64,000 nucleotides of DNA from Haliotis rufescens (taxonomy: Eukaryota), in contig NW_025963946.1 of NCBI RefSeq assembly GCF_023055435.1, forward strand, positions 7,812,001 to 7,876,000, in the 5' to 3' direction. Both the position numbers and the translations under genes were made by a program. The notes below the pieces were generated by a model. That model was not told where the DNA came from. It worked only from the letters and a program-made list of their open reading frames with translations, and ran no database searches. This document shows, piece by piece, positions 1 through 13,102 of the stretch (the first letter of the stretch is position 1; each line of letters begins with the position of its first letter).

Positions 1-87
1 TGTCTGTTTTAAGGACGATATTGAAAATTTTCACTCAGACAATCAGCTGTTATGTCAATGGTATTTTTTGTCACCACATATTTATGA

Positions 88-386
88 AGCATCCAAGATT
101 ATGGATCTTATATAGCTACGTACATGCACGTATGTATTTTTGTGGCTGCGTATACTAGTCCGGACTGATGCCGATTAATAGGGCTAGCCCTCTGAGATAC
201 CATGCAGCAGTTTAACTTGAATACGCCATTCAGCCACAGTACACCGACCAGTCTTTGTTTTAGCGCCAGACAGGGTAACAACAAGTACCATCTTTTTAAC
301 GTGTTTTGGTATGACGTGGCCGGGGATCAAACCCCGGACCTTCCCCACCCGGGCGTACGCTCTACCACTGGACAACGGAGGCGGTC
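88..386 (-). mobile_element. tRNA-derived SINE, V-domain-like family A
   Basis: Minus strand has a tRNA-like head (gaccgcctccgttgtccagtggtagagcg...ggtttgatccc) and the body motif catggtatctcag. The same insertion is at 33828-34125, so it predates the duplication. Confidence 0.85.
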
Positions 387-739
387 GTCACCTAGAGACA
401 AATAATAATAACATCACAGAACGAAGCGATTTTAAATACAGAATCATAAGTGCAGCTTTCTTGCTATGCCGTAATCTTCTACGTGAGGGAATAACAAATG
501 GTTTTCTAAACTCTTCCAGAATCCAGCGCAGCTTCTCTAAGTTTGAGCAATACGGAAAGATACATTTCTTACACAGTACTTTAGGACACTAGTTGATGTT
601 GTTGTTTTAAACTGCTTGTGTCTTGATTGCTGATGAGGATCGTGAACGGAATACACAGCCATAAACACCAGTGTTTTTGTGTGCATGTATTTGTAGCTTA
701 AATATAGTTATTTTTCAACAGTTTGATGTTTGTTTTCAG

Positions 740-811
740 ATTCAGGCGAAGGCGATACGGAGTCGGTTTCAGACGCAGTTTCAGAAGGTGGACACAGGTC
801 GGACACAGAAG
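740..811 (+). CDS. Ankyrin gene copy 1, penultimate coding exon (xSGEGDTESVSDAVSEGGHRSDTE), phase 1-1
   Basis: tgttttcag|AT...GAAG|gtggga; 72 nt and open. Conserved at 34490-34561 and in phase with the next exon. Confidence 0.8.
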
Positions 812-1904
812 GTGGGATTTACAGCTATATATATGCCTTCACAAATCAAGACTCTTTTTTCCGATAGCATGTCATGGAAGTGATTAATACATTGAACTGT
901 ATTCGCATGTCCAGTTCGCAGTTCCTTTTCATGAGCTGATCTGTCGTGCATGTTGTCGCAGGAAGATTTGATATTAACTTACATAGATAGGAAACATATA
1001 TTGCTTAGTTCCCTCTCAGGAGAAGATATATCGTACATGAACATGTTGTAGAGAGAGTTAGCAGCTTTACTGCTTAGTTTACACTAATGAGTAGAAATCA
1101 CTTGTATGTAGATGTTACAAGTGTTTGCATACACATTGCCAAGTTCACCCAAATGAATTATTATAAAGGCATAGTCTTATATTTTGTTCAATTAAATAGT
1201 GGGTTGATTTTGAACTCACATGCTGATATCACGCTGTGATGACAAGATAGACTTGGCATGAACACTGACATGTGTTTTTCATGCATTGGAACAGATGCTA
1301 TGTGCTATACTCACAAAATGTTATGGTCGTTTATTTGTGTCTCCCAAATTATCAATAATTTGACGATTACAACTAGATACAAATGACATCATTGAATTAT
1401 CATTACAAATGGTCTAATGGACCCCTGTGTTTACAAGTATCTACAAACTTATTAGTATAGTATGTCCACGGATAAATGTTTCGCGTGACTGATAAAATGT
1501 ATGAGGTTAATTTCAGCCGCTTATATAGTTATTTCCAAAGAGAATGTTTTAGCATATCCAGTTTGTCTGTAAAGTAATAAGAACGACCGATAGCCGTCCG
1601 TTTGCCCCTGTCCGTTCGACCGTCCGTCCGATTAAAGGAAACTCTTAGTCAAATGAAACAAAGTATCAGACGCAAAATTAAACTGTATTTTTTGTCAGTT
1701 CAACACTATTCTGTTTCCGAGGAAACATATCCCATTTTCTTATGATTGACAATAAGAATATTTTCTGGAGCCCATCTTAACAAACCTTCTCAACCGTTGA
1801 GTAACGATGCTAATGCGTCGACAATGTATGCCAGCCTTTAGATTCTTAAGTCACAAAGGGACATTTACAAACATTCTATTTCAAATACACTTGACAATTT
1901 CCAG

Positions 1905-3763
1905 GGAAGATGCCTCACCTAACGTCCAAGTGGGAGATACAAGAGGGCAACATGAAGCTGATCTACTATGACAGGAACCACATGCTGAATGAGGCTTGTC
2001 GGGAGGGAAAGTTAGAGATAGTAAAGAACATTTTGTCAACTGGTTCTGCAGATATAAATAACAAATCCCAGGGTGGCTGGACACCTGTGCTTCTTGCAGC
2101 CAATACAGGTCGAAAAGACATATTTGATGTGTTGGTGAAGAAAGGGTGCAATCTCTCAGCAGTGTTAGACAACGGCAACAATATCCTTCATGTGTCATGT
2201 TTAAGTGGTAATACTGATATCACAGAATATCTTACAGCAGTAGTCAGTATTGACAGTAAAGGCATGTATGGCAGAACAGCTGTGATGAAGGCGGCGGCTG
2301 TGGGCAATAAAAACGTGTTCGATCTCCTGGTGGGTAAAGGATGTGACCTGTCAGCAGTGGATGATGGAGGTTACAACATCCTTCATCTTGCCTGTTTTAG
2401 TGACAATGTGTACATTGTCGAGCATCTCATCACACACAAGATAGCTGACATAGAGAGCCGAGGCAATTTTGGGAGAACGCCGGTGATGTGTGCATCATGG
2501 GTGGGTCGGCAGAAGGTGTTCGATCTCCTGGTGGGTAAAGGATGTGACCTGTCAGCAGTGGATGATGACGGTAACAACATCCTTCACATTGCCTGTTTTG
2601 GTGGCAATGTGTACATTGTCGAATATCTCATCACACACAACACAGCTGACATAGAAAGCCGAGGCAACTTTGGGACAACACCGGTGATGGCAGCAGCAGA
2701 GAAGGGTCAGCAGAAGGTGTTTGATCTCCTGGTGGGTAAAGGATGTAACCTTTCAGCAGTAGATGGTAAAGGTAACAACATCCTTCACTTTGCCTCTTTT
2801 AGTGACAATGTACACATTGTCGAGTATCTCATCACACACAAGATAGCTGACATAGAGAGCCGAGGCGAGGTAGGGAGAACACCGGTGATGTTTGCAGCAG
2901 AGAAGGGTAAACAGCAGGTGTTCTATCTCCTGGTTGGTAAAGGATGTAACCTGTCAGCAGTGGATGATGGAGGTGACAACATCCTTCACCTTGCCTGTTT
3001 TAGTGACAATGTGCACATTGTCGATTATCTCATCACCCACAACACAGCTGACATAGAGAGCCGAGGCCGGTTTGGGAGAACACCGGTGCTGTTTGCAGCA
3101 GAGACGGGTAAACAGCAGGTGTTCGATCTCCTGGTTGGTAAAGGATGTAACCTGTCAGCAGTGGATGATGACAGTAACAACATCCTTCACCTTGCCTGTT
3201 TTAGTGGCAATGTACACATTGTCGAGTATCTCATCACACACAACATAGCTGACAAAGAGAGCCGAGGCCAGGTAGGGAGAACACCGGTGCTGTTTGCAGC
3301 AGAGAAGGGTCAGCAGAGGGTGTTCGATCTCCTGGTGGGTAAAGGATGTGACCTGTCAGCAGTGGATGATGGAGGTAACAACATACTTCACCTTGCCTGT
3401 GTTAGTGGCAATGTGCACATTGTCGGGTATCTCATCACACACAAGGTAGCTGACATAGAGAGCCGAGGCCGGTTTGGGAGAACACCGGTGATGACTGCAG
3501 CAGAGATGGGTAATCAAAAGGTTTTCGATCTCCTGGTGGGTAAAGGATGTAGTCTGTCAGCAGTGGATGATGACGGTAACAACACCCTTCACCATGCTGC
3601 ATACGCAGGGACAGTAGGAATTGTAAACCGACTTCTCTCAGAGTCAGCTGTAGAAGTATCTGCCACAAACAACAGAGGTGAAACGCCATTGCAGATTGCA
3701 CTGAGATACAACCAAGGCGCTATAGTGAAGATTCTTAGAGCTAGATCTGACACGCTGCTTTGA
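1905..3763 (+). CDS. Ankyrin gene copy 1, terminal exon with about 18 ankyrin repeats (7 near-identical 67-aa double units); upstream exons lie outside the window
   Basis: 617-aa ORF with GRTPV..AA..G and GNNILH.AC motifs. Acceptor atttccag|GG is in phase 1. AATAAA at 3913-3918. Confidence 0.95.
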
Positions 3764-4185
3764 GTTTGGAGAACTATTCAGGGCCATATTAAGGGGCTGA
3801 TGTCGGATTGTCTCTGGAAGTGTTCATCATTCAGAGCCGTCTGTGATAAATGTTTGTACAAAGATAAATGTCATTTTTACCTCAATGTATTTATAGTTCA
3901 TGTACGGGATAAAATAAATGTTTCAATTCATTAACAAGGCGTCAGTTTGCTATAACGGCACCTTATCAACAGGTTCAGATTTGAAGTTGAGGTGTGCAGT
4001 GTTGCAGGTCAACCGTATTCGTGGTGGTGAGAGTAGACTGGAAATGCCAACGCCTTGCATCAATATGTCTCAAAGAGTTATTCACTATGTTAAACATAGT
4101 GGGTTGAATTATTTCATGTTTTGTTTCATGATTGAGATATATACATGCATTATCGAGCCCTGTCACACTTGGTCTGTATCGATAG

Positions 4186-4524
4186 GACACGTATATCACA
4201 CTGTTAATTTGGTGTGTACAATGTAGACACGTATATCACACTGTTACATTTGGTGTGTACAATGTAGACACGTATATCACACTGTTACATTTGGTGTGTA
4301 CAAAGTAGACACGTATATCACACTGTTACATTTGGTGTGTACAAAGTAGACACGTATATCACACTGTTACATTTGGTGTGTACAAAGTAGACACGTATAT
4401 CACACTGTTACATTTGGTGTGTAGAATGTAGACACGTATATCACACTGTTACATTTGGTGTGTACAAAGTAGACACGTATATCACACTGTTACATTTGGT
4501 GTGTAGAATGTATACACGTACATC
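4186..4524. repeat. 41-bp minisatellite, about 8 copies
   Basis: Unit gacacgtatatcacactgttacatttggtgtgtacaaagta at 4186, 4226, 4267, 4308, 4349, 4390, 4431 and 4472. Confidence 0.95.
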
Positions 4525-4696
4525 ATGGGTTATAACTTCTGATTTGTAGGACATTTTCACTCGCTCGTTTCCTTTTCCCAGACTTCAGTGACCACTTTGG
4601 AATATTGCTGTGCCTCTGCCGGGAAACAAGAAACCAATACTACTGTATAAATAAAACACACATATCACGCCAGAACAACTTTGATCCGCATTGGGT

Positions 4697-7600
4697 AGAT
4701 ACGCACGTCACACCCTGTCACATCGGTTTTGTATGATGGAGATACCCACATCACACCCTGTGACATCTTGTCTATATGAGGGAGGTACGCACGTCAAAAC
4801 TGGTCTGTATGAGAGGGATGCACACATCACAACGTGTCACAACTGGTCTCTATGAAGGAGATCACACCCTGTTTCATCTGATTTTCATCGAAGAAATACC
4901 CACATCACACCCTGTCACATCTGTTCTGTATCAGGGAGATATGCACGTCAAACACTGTCACATCGGTGCTGTATGAGGGAGATACGAACATCACACCCTG
5001 TCACATCGGTTCTGTATGAGGGAAATACCCACATCACACCCCGTCACATCTGTTCTGTTTCAGGGAGATATGCGAGTCACACCCTGTTACATCTGGTCTG
5101 TATCAGGGAAATACGCACATCACACCCTGTTACATCTGGCCTGCTTGAGGGAGATACGCACATCACACCCTGTCAAATCTGGCCTGTACGGCCTCAGACA
5201 CATCCCGTCTGTATGAGGGAGATACGCATATCACACCATGTCACATATGATCCCTATGAGGGAGATACGCACATCACACCCTGTCACATATGGCCTGTAT
5301 GAGGGAAATACACATATCACACCCTGTCACATCGGTTCTGTATGAGGGAGATACGCACATCACAATCTGTCACATCTGGACTGTATGAGGGAGATACGCA
5401 CGCCACATCCTGTCACATCTGGCCTGTATGAGGGACATACGCGCATCACACCCTGTCACATCGGTTTTGTATGAGAGCGACACACAGATCACGCCCTGTC
5501 TCATCTGGTCTCTATGAGTGAGACACACACATCACATCCTGTCACACCTGTTTTGTATGAGGGAGATACGCACATCACACCATGTCACATCGGTTCTGTA
5601 TGAGGGAGATACGCACATCACACCCTGTCACATCTGGCCTGTATGAGAGAAATACACATATCACACCCTGTCACATCGGTTCTGTATGAGGGAAATACGC
5701 ACATCACACCCTGTCACATCAGGTCTGTATGAGGGAGATACGCATATCACACCCTGTCACATCTGATCTGTATGAAAGAGGCATGCACGTCACACCCTGA
5801 TACATCTTGGCTGTATGAAGGAGATATACACATCACAGCCTTTCACATCGGTTCTGTATGAGGTGAGGTGAGGTGAAATTGGGTTTAACGTCGCGTCCAA
5901 GATTATTGCACTTATATAGCGACGTGCATGCACGTGTATGTGTGTGTGTGGCTGCTTGTACTAGTCCGGACTGATGCCGATTTATAGTGCTAGCTCACTG
6001 AGATACCATGCCGCAGTTTAACATGAATACCCCACTCAGACACAGTATACTGACTCCGAGCCGACCAGTCCTTGTTTTAGCCCCTTAATGCCGAGCGCCA
6101 GACAGGGTAACAACAAGTACAATCTTTTAACGTCTTTTTGTATGACGCGGCCCGGGATCGAACCCTGGACCTTCCGCTCTCCGGGTGGACGCTCTACCAC
6201 AAGACCACGGAGGCGGTCGGTTCTGTATGAGGGAGATACGCACATCACAATCTGTCACATCTGGCCCGTATGAGGGAGATACGCACGTCACACCCTGTCA
6301 CATCGGTTCTGTATGAGGGAGATACGCACATCACAATCTGTCACATCTTGCCCGTATGAGGGAGATACGCACGTCACACCCTGTCAAATCTGGCCTGTAT
6401 GAGGGAGATACGCACATTACACCCTGTCACATCTTGTCTGTATGAGAAAGATACAGACATCATACCTTCTCAAATCTGGCCTGCTTGAGGGAGATACGCA
6501 CATCACATCCTGTCAAATCTGGCCTGTACGGCCTCAGACACATCCCGTCTGTATGAGGGAGATACGCATATCACACCATGTCACATCTGATCCCTATGAG
6601 GGAGATACGCACATCACACCCTGTCACATATGGCCTGTATGAGGGAAATACACATATCACACCCTGTCACATCGGTTCTGTATGAGGGAGATACGCACGC
6701 CACATCCTGTCACATCTGGCCTGTATGAGGGAGATACGCACATCATACCCTGTCACATCGGTTTTGTATGAGAGAGAAACACAGATCACGTCCTGTCTCA
6801 TCTGGTCTCTATGAGAGAGACACACACATCACATCCTGTCACACCGGTTTTGTATGAGGGAGATACGCACATCACACCCTGTCACATCGGTTTTGTATGA
6901 GAGAGAAACACAGATCACGCCCGGTCTCATCTGGTCTCTATGAGAGACACACACACATCACATCCTGTCACACCTGTTCTGTATGAGGGAGATACGCACG
7001 TCACACCCTGTCACATCTGATCCCTATAAGGGAGATACGCCCATCACACCCTGTCACATATGGCCTGTATGAGGGAAATACACATATCACACCCTGTCAC
7101 ATCGGTTCTGTATGAGGGAGATACGCACATCACAATCTGTCACATCTGGACTGTATGAGGGAGATACGCACGCCACATTCTGTCACGTCTGGCCTGTATG
7201 AGGGAGATACGCACATCACATCCTGTCACATCGGTTTTTGTATGAGAGAGAAACACAGATCACGCCCTGTCACATCTGGTCTCTATGAGAGAGACACAGA
7301 CATCACATCCTCTCACACCTGTTTTGTATGAGGGAGATACACACATCACACCCTGTCACATCAGGTCTGTATGAGGGAGATACGCACATCACACCCTGTC
7401 ACATCAGGTCTGTATGAGGGAGATACGCATATCACACCCTGTCACATCTGATCTGTATGAAAGAGGCATGCACGTCACACCCTGATACATCTTGTCTGCA
7501 TGAAGGAGAAACACACACATCACACCCTTTCACATCGGTTCTGTATGAGGGAGATACGCACATCACACCCTGTTACATCTGGCCTGCTTGAGGGAGATAC

Positions 7601-10600
7601 GCACATCACATCCTGTCAAATCTGGCCTGTACGGCCTCAGACACATCCCGTCTGTATGAGGGAGATACGCATATCACACCATGTCACATCTGATCCCTAT
7701 GAGGGAGATACGCACATCACACCCTGTCACATATGGCCTGTATGAGGGAAATACACATATCACACCCTGTCACATCGGTTCTGTATGAGGGAGATACGCA
7801 CATCACAATCTGTCACATCTGGACTGTATGAGGGAGATACGCACGCCACATCCTGTCACATCTGGCCTGTATGAGGGACATACGCGCATCACACCCTGTC
7901 ACATCGGTTTTGTATGAGAGCGACACACAGATCACGCCCTGTCTCATCTGGTCTCTATGAGTGAGACATACACATCACATCCTGTCACACCTGTTTTGTA
8001 TGAGGGAGATACGCACATCACACCCTGTCACATCGGTTCTGTATGAGGGAGATACGCACATCACACCCTGTCACATCTGGCCTGTATGAGAGAAATACAC
8101 ATATCACACCCTGTCACATCGGTTCTGTATGAGGGAAATACGCACATCACACCCTGTCACATCAGGTCTGTATGAGGGAGATACGCATATCACACCCTGT
8201 CACATCTGATCTGTATGAAAGAGGCATGCACATCACACCCTGATACATCTTGTCTGTATGAAGGAGATACACACATCACAGCCTTTCACATCGGTTCTGC
8301 ATGAGGGAGATACGCACATCACAATCTGTCACATCTGGCCCGTATGAGGGAGATACGCACATCACACCCTGTCACATCGGTTCTGTATGAGGGAGATACG
8401 CACATCACAATCTGTCACATCTTGCCCGTATGAGGGAGATACGCACGTCACACCCTGTCAAATCTGGCCTGTATGAGGGAGATACGCACATTACACCCTG
8501 TCACATCTTGTCTGTATGAGAAAGATACAGACATCATACCTTCTCAAATCTGGCCTGCTTGAGGGAGATACGCACATCACATCCTGTCAAATCTGGCCTG
8601 TACAGCCTCAGACACATCCCGTCTGTATGAGGGAGATACGCATATCACACCATGTCACATCTGATCCCTATGAGGGAGATACGCACATCACACCCTGTCA
8701 CATATGGCCTGTATGAGGGGAATACACATATCACACCCTGTCACATCGGTTCTGTATGAGGGAGATAAGCACGCCACATCCTGTCACATCTGGCCTGTAT
8801 GAGGGAGATACGCACATCACACCCTGTCACATCAGGTCTGTATGAGGGAGATACGCACATCACACCCTGTCACATCAGGTCTGTATGAGGGAGATACGCA
8901 TATCACACCCTGTCACATCTGATCTGTATGAAAGAGGCATGCACGTCACACCCTGATACATGTTGTCTGTATGAAGGAGATACACACATCACACCCTTTC
9001 ACATCGGTTCTGTATGAGGGAGATACGCACATCACACCCTGTTACATCTGGCCTGCTTGAGGGAGAAACGCACATCACACCCTGTCAAATCTGGCCTGTA
9101 CGGCCTCAGACACATCCCGTCTGTATGAGGGAGATACGCATATCACACCATGTCACATCTGATCCCTATGAGGGAGATACGCACATCACACCCTGTCACA
9201 TATGGCCTGTATGAGGGAAATACACATATCACACCCTGTCACATCGGTTCTGTATGAGGGAGATACGCACATCACAATCTGTCACATCTGGACTGTATGA
9301 GGGAGATACGCACGCCACATCCTGTCACATCTGGCCTGTATGAGGGACATACGCGCATCCCACCCTGTCACATCGGTTTTGTATGAGAGAGACACACAGA
9401 TCACGCCCTGTCTCATCTGGTCTCTATGAGTGAGACACACACATCACATCCTGTCACACCTGTTTTGTATGAGGGAGATACGCACATCACACCCTGTCAC
9501 ATCGGTTCTGTATGAGGGAGATACGCACATCACACCCTGTCACATCTGGCCTGTATGAGAGAAATACACATATCACACCCTGTCACATCGGTTCTGTATG
9601 AGGGAAATACGCACATCACACCCTGTCACATCAGGTCTGTATGAGGGAGATACGCATATCACACCCTGTCACATCTGATCTGTATGAAAGAGGCATGCAC
9701 GTCACACCCTGATACATCTTGGCTGTATGAAGGAGATACACACATCACAGCCTTTCACATCGGTTCTGTATGAGGGAGATACGCACATCACAATCTGTCA
9801 CATCTGGCCCGTATGAGGGAGATACGCACGTCAAACCCTGTCACATCGGTTCTGTATGAGGGAGATACGCACATCATAATCTGTCACATCTGGCCCGTAT
9901 GAGGGAGATACGCACGTCACACCCTGTCAAATCTGGCCTGTATGAGGGAGATACGCACATAACACCCTGTCACATCTTGTCTGTATGAGAAAGATACAGA
10001 CATCATACCTTCTCAAATCTGGCCTGCTTGAGGGAGATACGCACATCACACCCTGTCAAATCTGGCCTTTACGGCCTCAGACACATCCCGTCTGTATGAG
10101 GGAGATACGCATATCACACCATGTCACATCTGATCCCTATGAGGGAGATACGCACATCACACCCTGTCACATATGGCCTGTATGAGGGGAATACACATAT
10201 CACACCCTGTCACATCGGTTCTGTATGAGGGAGATACGCACGCCACATCCTGTCACATATGGCCTGTATGAGGGAGATACGCACATCATACCCTGTCACA
10301 TCGGTTTTGTATGAGAGAGAAACACAGATCACTCCCTGTCTCATCTGGTCTCTATGAGAGAGACACACACATCACATCCTGTCACACCTGTTTTGTATGA
10401 GGGAGATACGCACATCACACCCTGTCACATCGGTTTTGTATGAGAGAGAAACACAGATCACGCCCGGTCTCATCTGGTCTCTATGAGAGAGATACAGACA
10501 TCACACCCTTTCACATCGGTTCTGTATGAGGGAGATACGCACATCACACCCTGTTACATCTGGCCTGCTTGAGGGAGATACGCACATCACACCCTGTCAA

Positions 10601-12585
10601 ATCTGGCCTGTACGGCCTCAGACACATCCCGTCTGTATGAGGGAGATACGCATATCACACCATGTCACATCTGATCCCTATGAGGGAGATACGCACATCA
10701 CACCCCGTCACATATGGCCTGTATGAGGGAAATACACATATCACACCCTGTCACATCGGTTCTGTATGAGGGAGACACGCACGTCACACCCTGTCACATC
10801 TGGCCTGTATGAGGGAGATACGCACGTCACACACTGTCACATCGGTTCTGTATGAGGGAGACACGCACATTACACCCTGTCAAATCTGGTCTATATGAGC
10901 GACGATCGCACGTCATACCCTTTAAAATCTGGCCTGAGGGAGATACGCACGTCACACACTGTCACATCGGTTCTGTATGAGGGAGACACGCACATCACAC
11001 CCTGTCCAATCTGGTCTATATGAGCGACGATCGCACGTCATACCCTTTAAAATCTGGCCTGAGAGAGATACGCAAGTCACACACTGTCACTTCGGTTCTG
11101 TATGAGGGAGATACGCACGTCACAATCTGTCACATCTGGACTGTATGAGGGAGATACGCACGCCACATCCTGTCACATCTGGCCTGTATGAGGGACATAC
11201 GCGCATCACACCCTGTCACATCGGTTTTGTATGAGAGCGACACACAGATCACGCCCTGTCTCATCTGGTCTCTATGAGTGAGACACACACATCACATCCT
11301 GTCACACCTGTTTTGTATGAGGGAGATACGCACATCACACCCTGTCACATCGGTTCTGTATGAGGGAGATACGCACATCACACCCTGTCACATCTGGCCT
11401 GTATGAGAGAAATACACATATCACACCCTGTCACATCGGTTCTGTATGAGGGAAATACGCACATCACACCCTGTTACATCAGGTCTGTATGAGGGAGATA
11501 CGCATATCACACCCTGTCACATCTGATCTGTATGAAAGAGGCATGCACGTCACACCCTGATACATCTTGGCTGTATGAAGGAGATACACACATCACAGCC
11601 TTTCACATCGGTTCTGTATGAGGGAGATACGCACATCACAATCTGTCACATCTGGCCCGTATGAGGGAGATACGCACGTCACACCCTGTCACATCGGTTC
11701 TGTATGAGGGAGATACGCACATCATAATCTGTCACATCTGGCCCGTATGAGGGAGATACGCACGTCACACCCTGTCACATCGGTTCTGTATGAGGGAGAT
11801 ACGCACATCACAATCTGTCACATCTGGCCCGTATGAGGGAGATACGCACGTCACACCCTGTCAAATCTGGCCTGTATGAGGGAGATACGCACATTACACC
11901 CTGTCACATCTTGTCTGTATGAGAAAGATACAGACATCATACCTTCTCAAATCTGGCCTGCTTGAGGGAGATACGCACATCACACCCTGTCAAATCTGGC
12001 CTTTACGGCCTCAGACACATCCCGTCTGTATGAGGGAGATACGCATATCACACCATGTCACATCTGATCCCTATGAGGGAGATACGCACATCACACCCTG
12101 TCACATATGGCCTGTATGAGGGGAATACACATATCACACCCTGTCACATCGGTTCTGTATGAGGGAGATACGCACGCCACATCCTGTCACATATGGCCTG
12201 TATGAGGGAGATACGCACATCACATCCTGTCACATCGGTTTTGTATGAGAGAGAAACACAGATCACGCCCTGTCACATCTGGTCTCTATGAGAGAGACAC
12301 AGACATCACATCCTCTCACACCTGTTTTGTATGAGGGAGATACACACATCACACCCTGTAACATCGGTTCTGTATGAGGGAGATACGCACATCACACCCT
12401 GTCACATCTGGCAAGTATGAGGGAAATACGCACATCACACCCTGTCCCATCTGGCCTGCATGAGGGAGATACGCACATCACACCCTGTAACAACTGGCCT
12501 GTGTGAGGGAGATACGCACATCACACCCTGTAACAACTGGCCTGCGTGAGGAAGATACGCACATCACACCCTGTCACATCTGGCC
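4697..12585 (+). repeat. 43-bp satellite array (~7.9 kb) with higher-order structure
   Basis: Monomer tatgagggagatacgcacatcacaccctgtcacatctggcctg. Diagnostic variant monomers recur at a 971-bp spacing. Confidence 0.97.
5864..6218 (-). mobile_element. Full-length SINE family A inserted in the satellite
   Basis: tRNA head, V-like body and (TCACC)n tail. TSD ggttctgtatgagg at 5850-5863 and 6219-6232. Confidence 0.92.
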
Positions 12586-12972
12586 TACCTCATACAGATC
12601 AGACGTAAACAGGGTGTGATGTACGTACCTGCCTCATACAGATCAGACGCAAACAGGGTGTGATGTATGTACCTACTTCATACAGATCAGACGTAAACAG
12701 GGTGTGATGTATGTACCTACTTCATACAGGTCAGACGTAAACAGGGTGTGATGTACGTACCTACTTCATACAGATCAGACGTAAACAGGGTGTGATGTAT
12801 GTACCTACCTCATACAGATCAGACGTAAACAGGGTGTGATGTACGTACCTGCCTCATACAGATCAGACGTAAACAGGGTGTGATGTACGTACCTGCCTCA
12901 TACAGATCAGACGTAAACAAGGTGTGATGTATGTACCTACTTCATACAGATCAGATGTAAACAAGGTGTGAT
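12586..12972 (-). repeat. 44-bp tandem repeat (~9 copies), an inverted relative of the 43-bp satellite
   Basis: Unit ctacctcatacagatcagacgtaaacagggtgtgatgtacgtac. Its reverse complement contains acatcacaccctgt and tctgatctgtatgagg. Confidence 0.93.
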
Positions 12973-12974
12973 AA

Positions 12975-13102
12975 TAAAGTATCCACAAGACTGTATGACA
13001 GAGGGATGACTTCAACTGTCCCTTTATGTCGAATAGTCCAGCAGCTCCAGCCTTTGGGGTCTAACATTTCGCAAATGTTGACCTTTCAAAGAAGTTTTGA
13101 CA
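12975..13102 (+). mobile_element. Penelope-like element RT C-terminal remnant, probably resuming at ~15606-15830
   Basis: Degenerate TRLYD(K)RDDFN..P..S...P.AP.(Y)GV motif. A similar sequence lies at 45340-45450. Confidence 0.6.

Larger units (their letters stand above)
1..4900. repeat. Segmental duplication copy 1, ankyrin block (paralog at ~33738-38000; extends left beyond the window)
   Basis: Base 1 (tgtctgttttaa...) aligns to 33738. Intron, SINE, exons, 3' UTR and satellite start are colinear, roughly 90-95% identical by eye. Confidence 0.95.

Noticed and set aside
630-660. CTGATGAG hammerhead candidate (also at ~34380 and ~22973)
   Set aside because: No stem II followed by GAAA.
3918-4226. 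102-aa ORF conserved in both duplicates (37290-37628)
   Set aside because: It starts at the poly(A) signal, has no recognisable motif and runs into the minisatellite. Recent duplication explains the conservation.
4697-12585. CRISPR-like array, or coding ORFs (MREIRTSHPVT...) in the satellite
   Set aside because: Head-to-tail monomers with no unique spacers and no cas genes, in a eukaryotic context. The ORFs are by-products of a 43-bp period.
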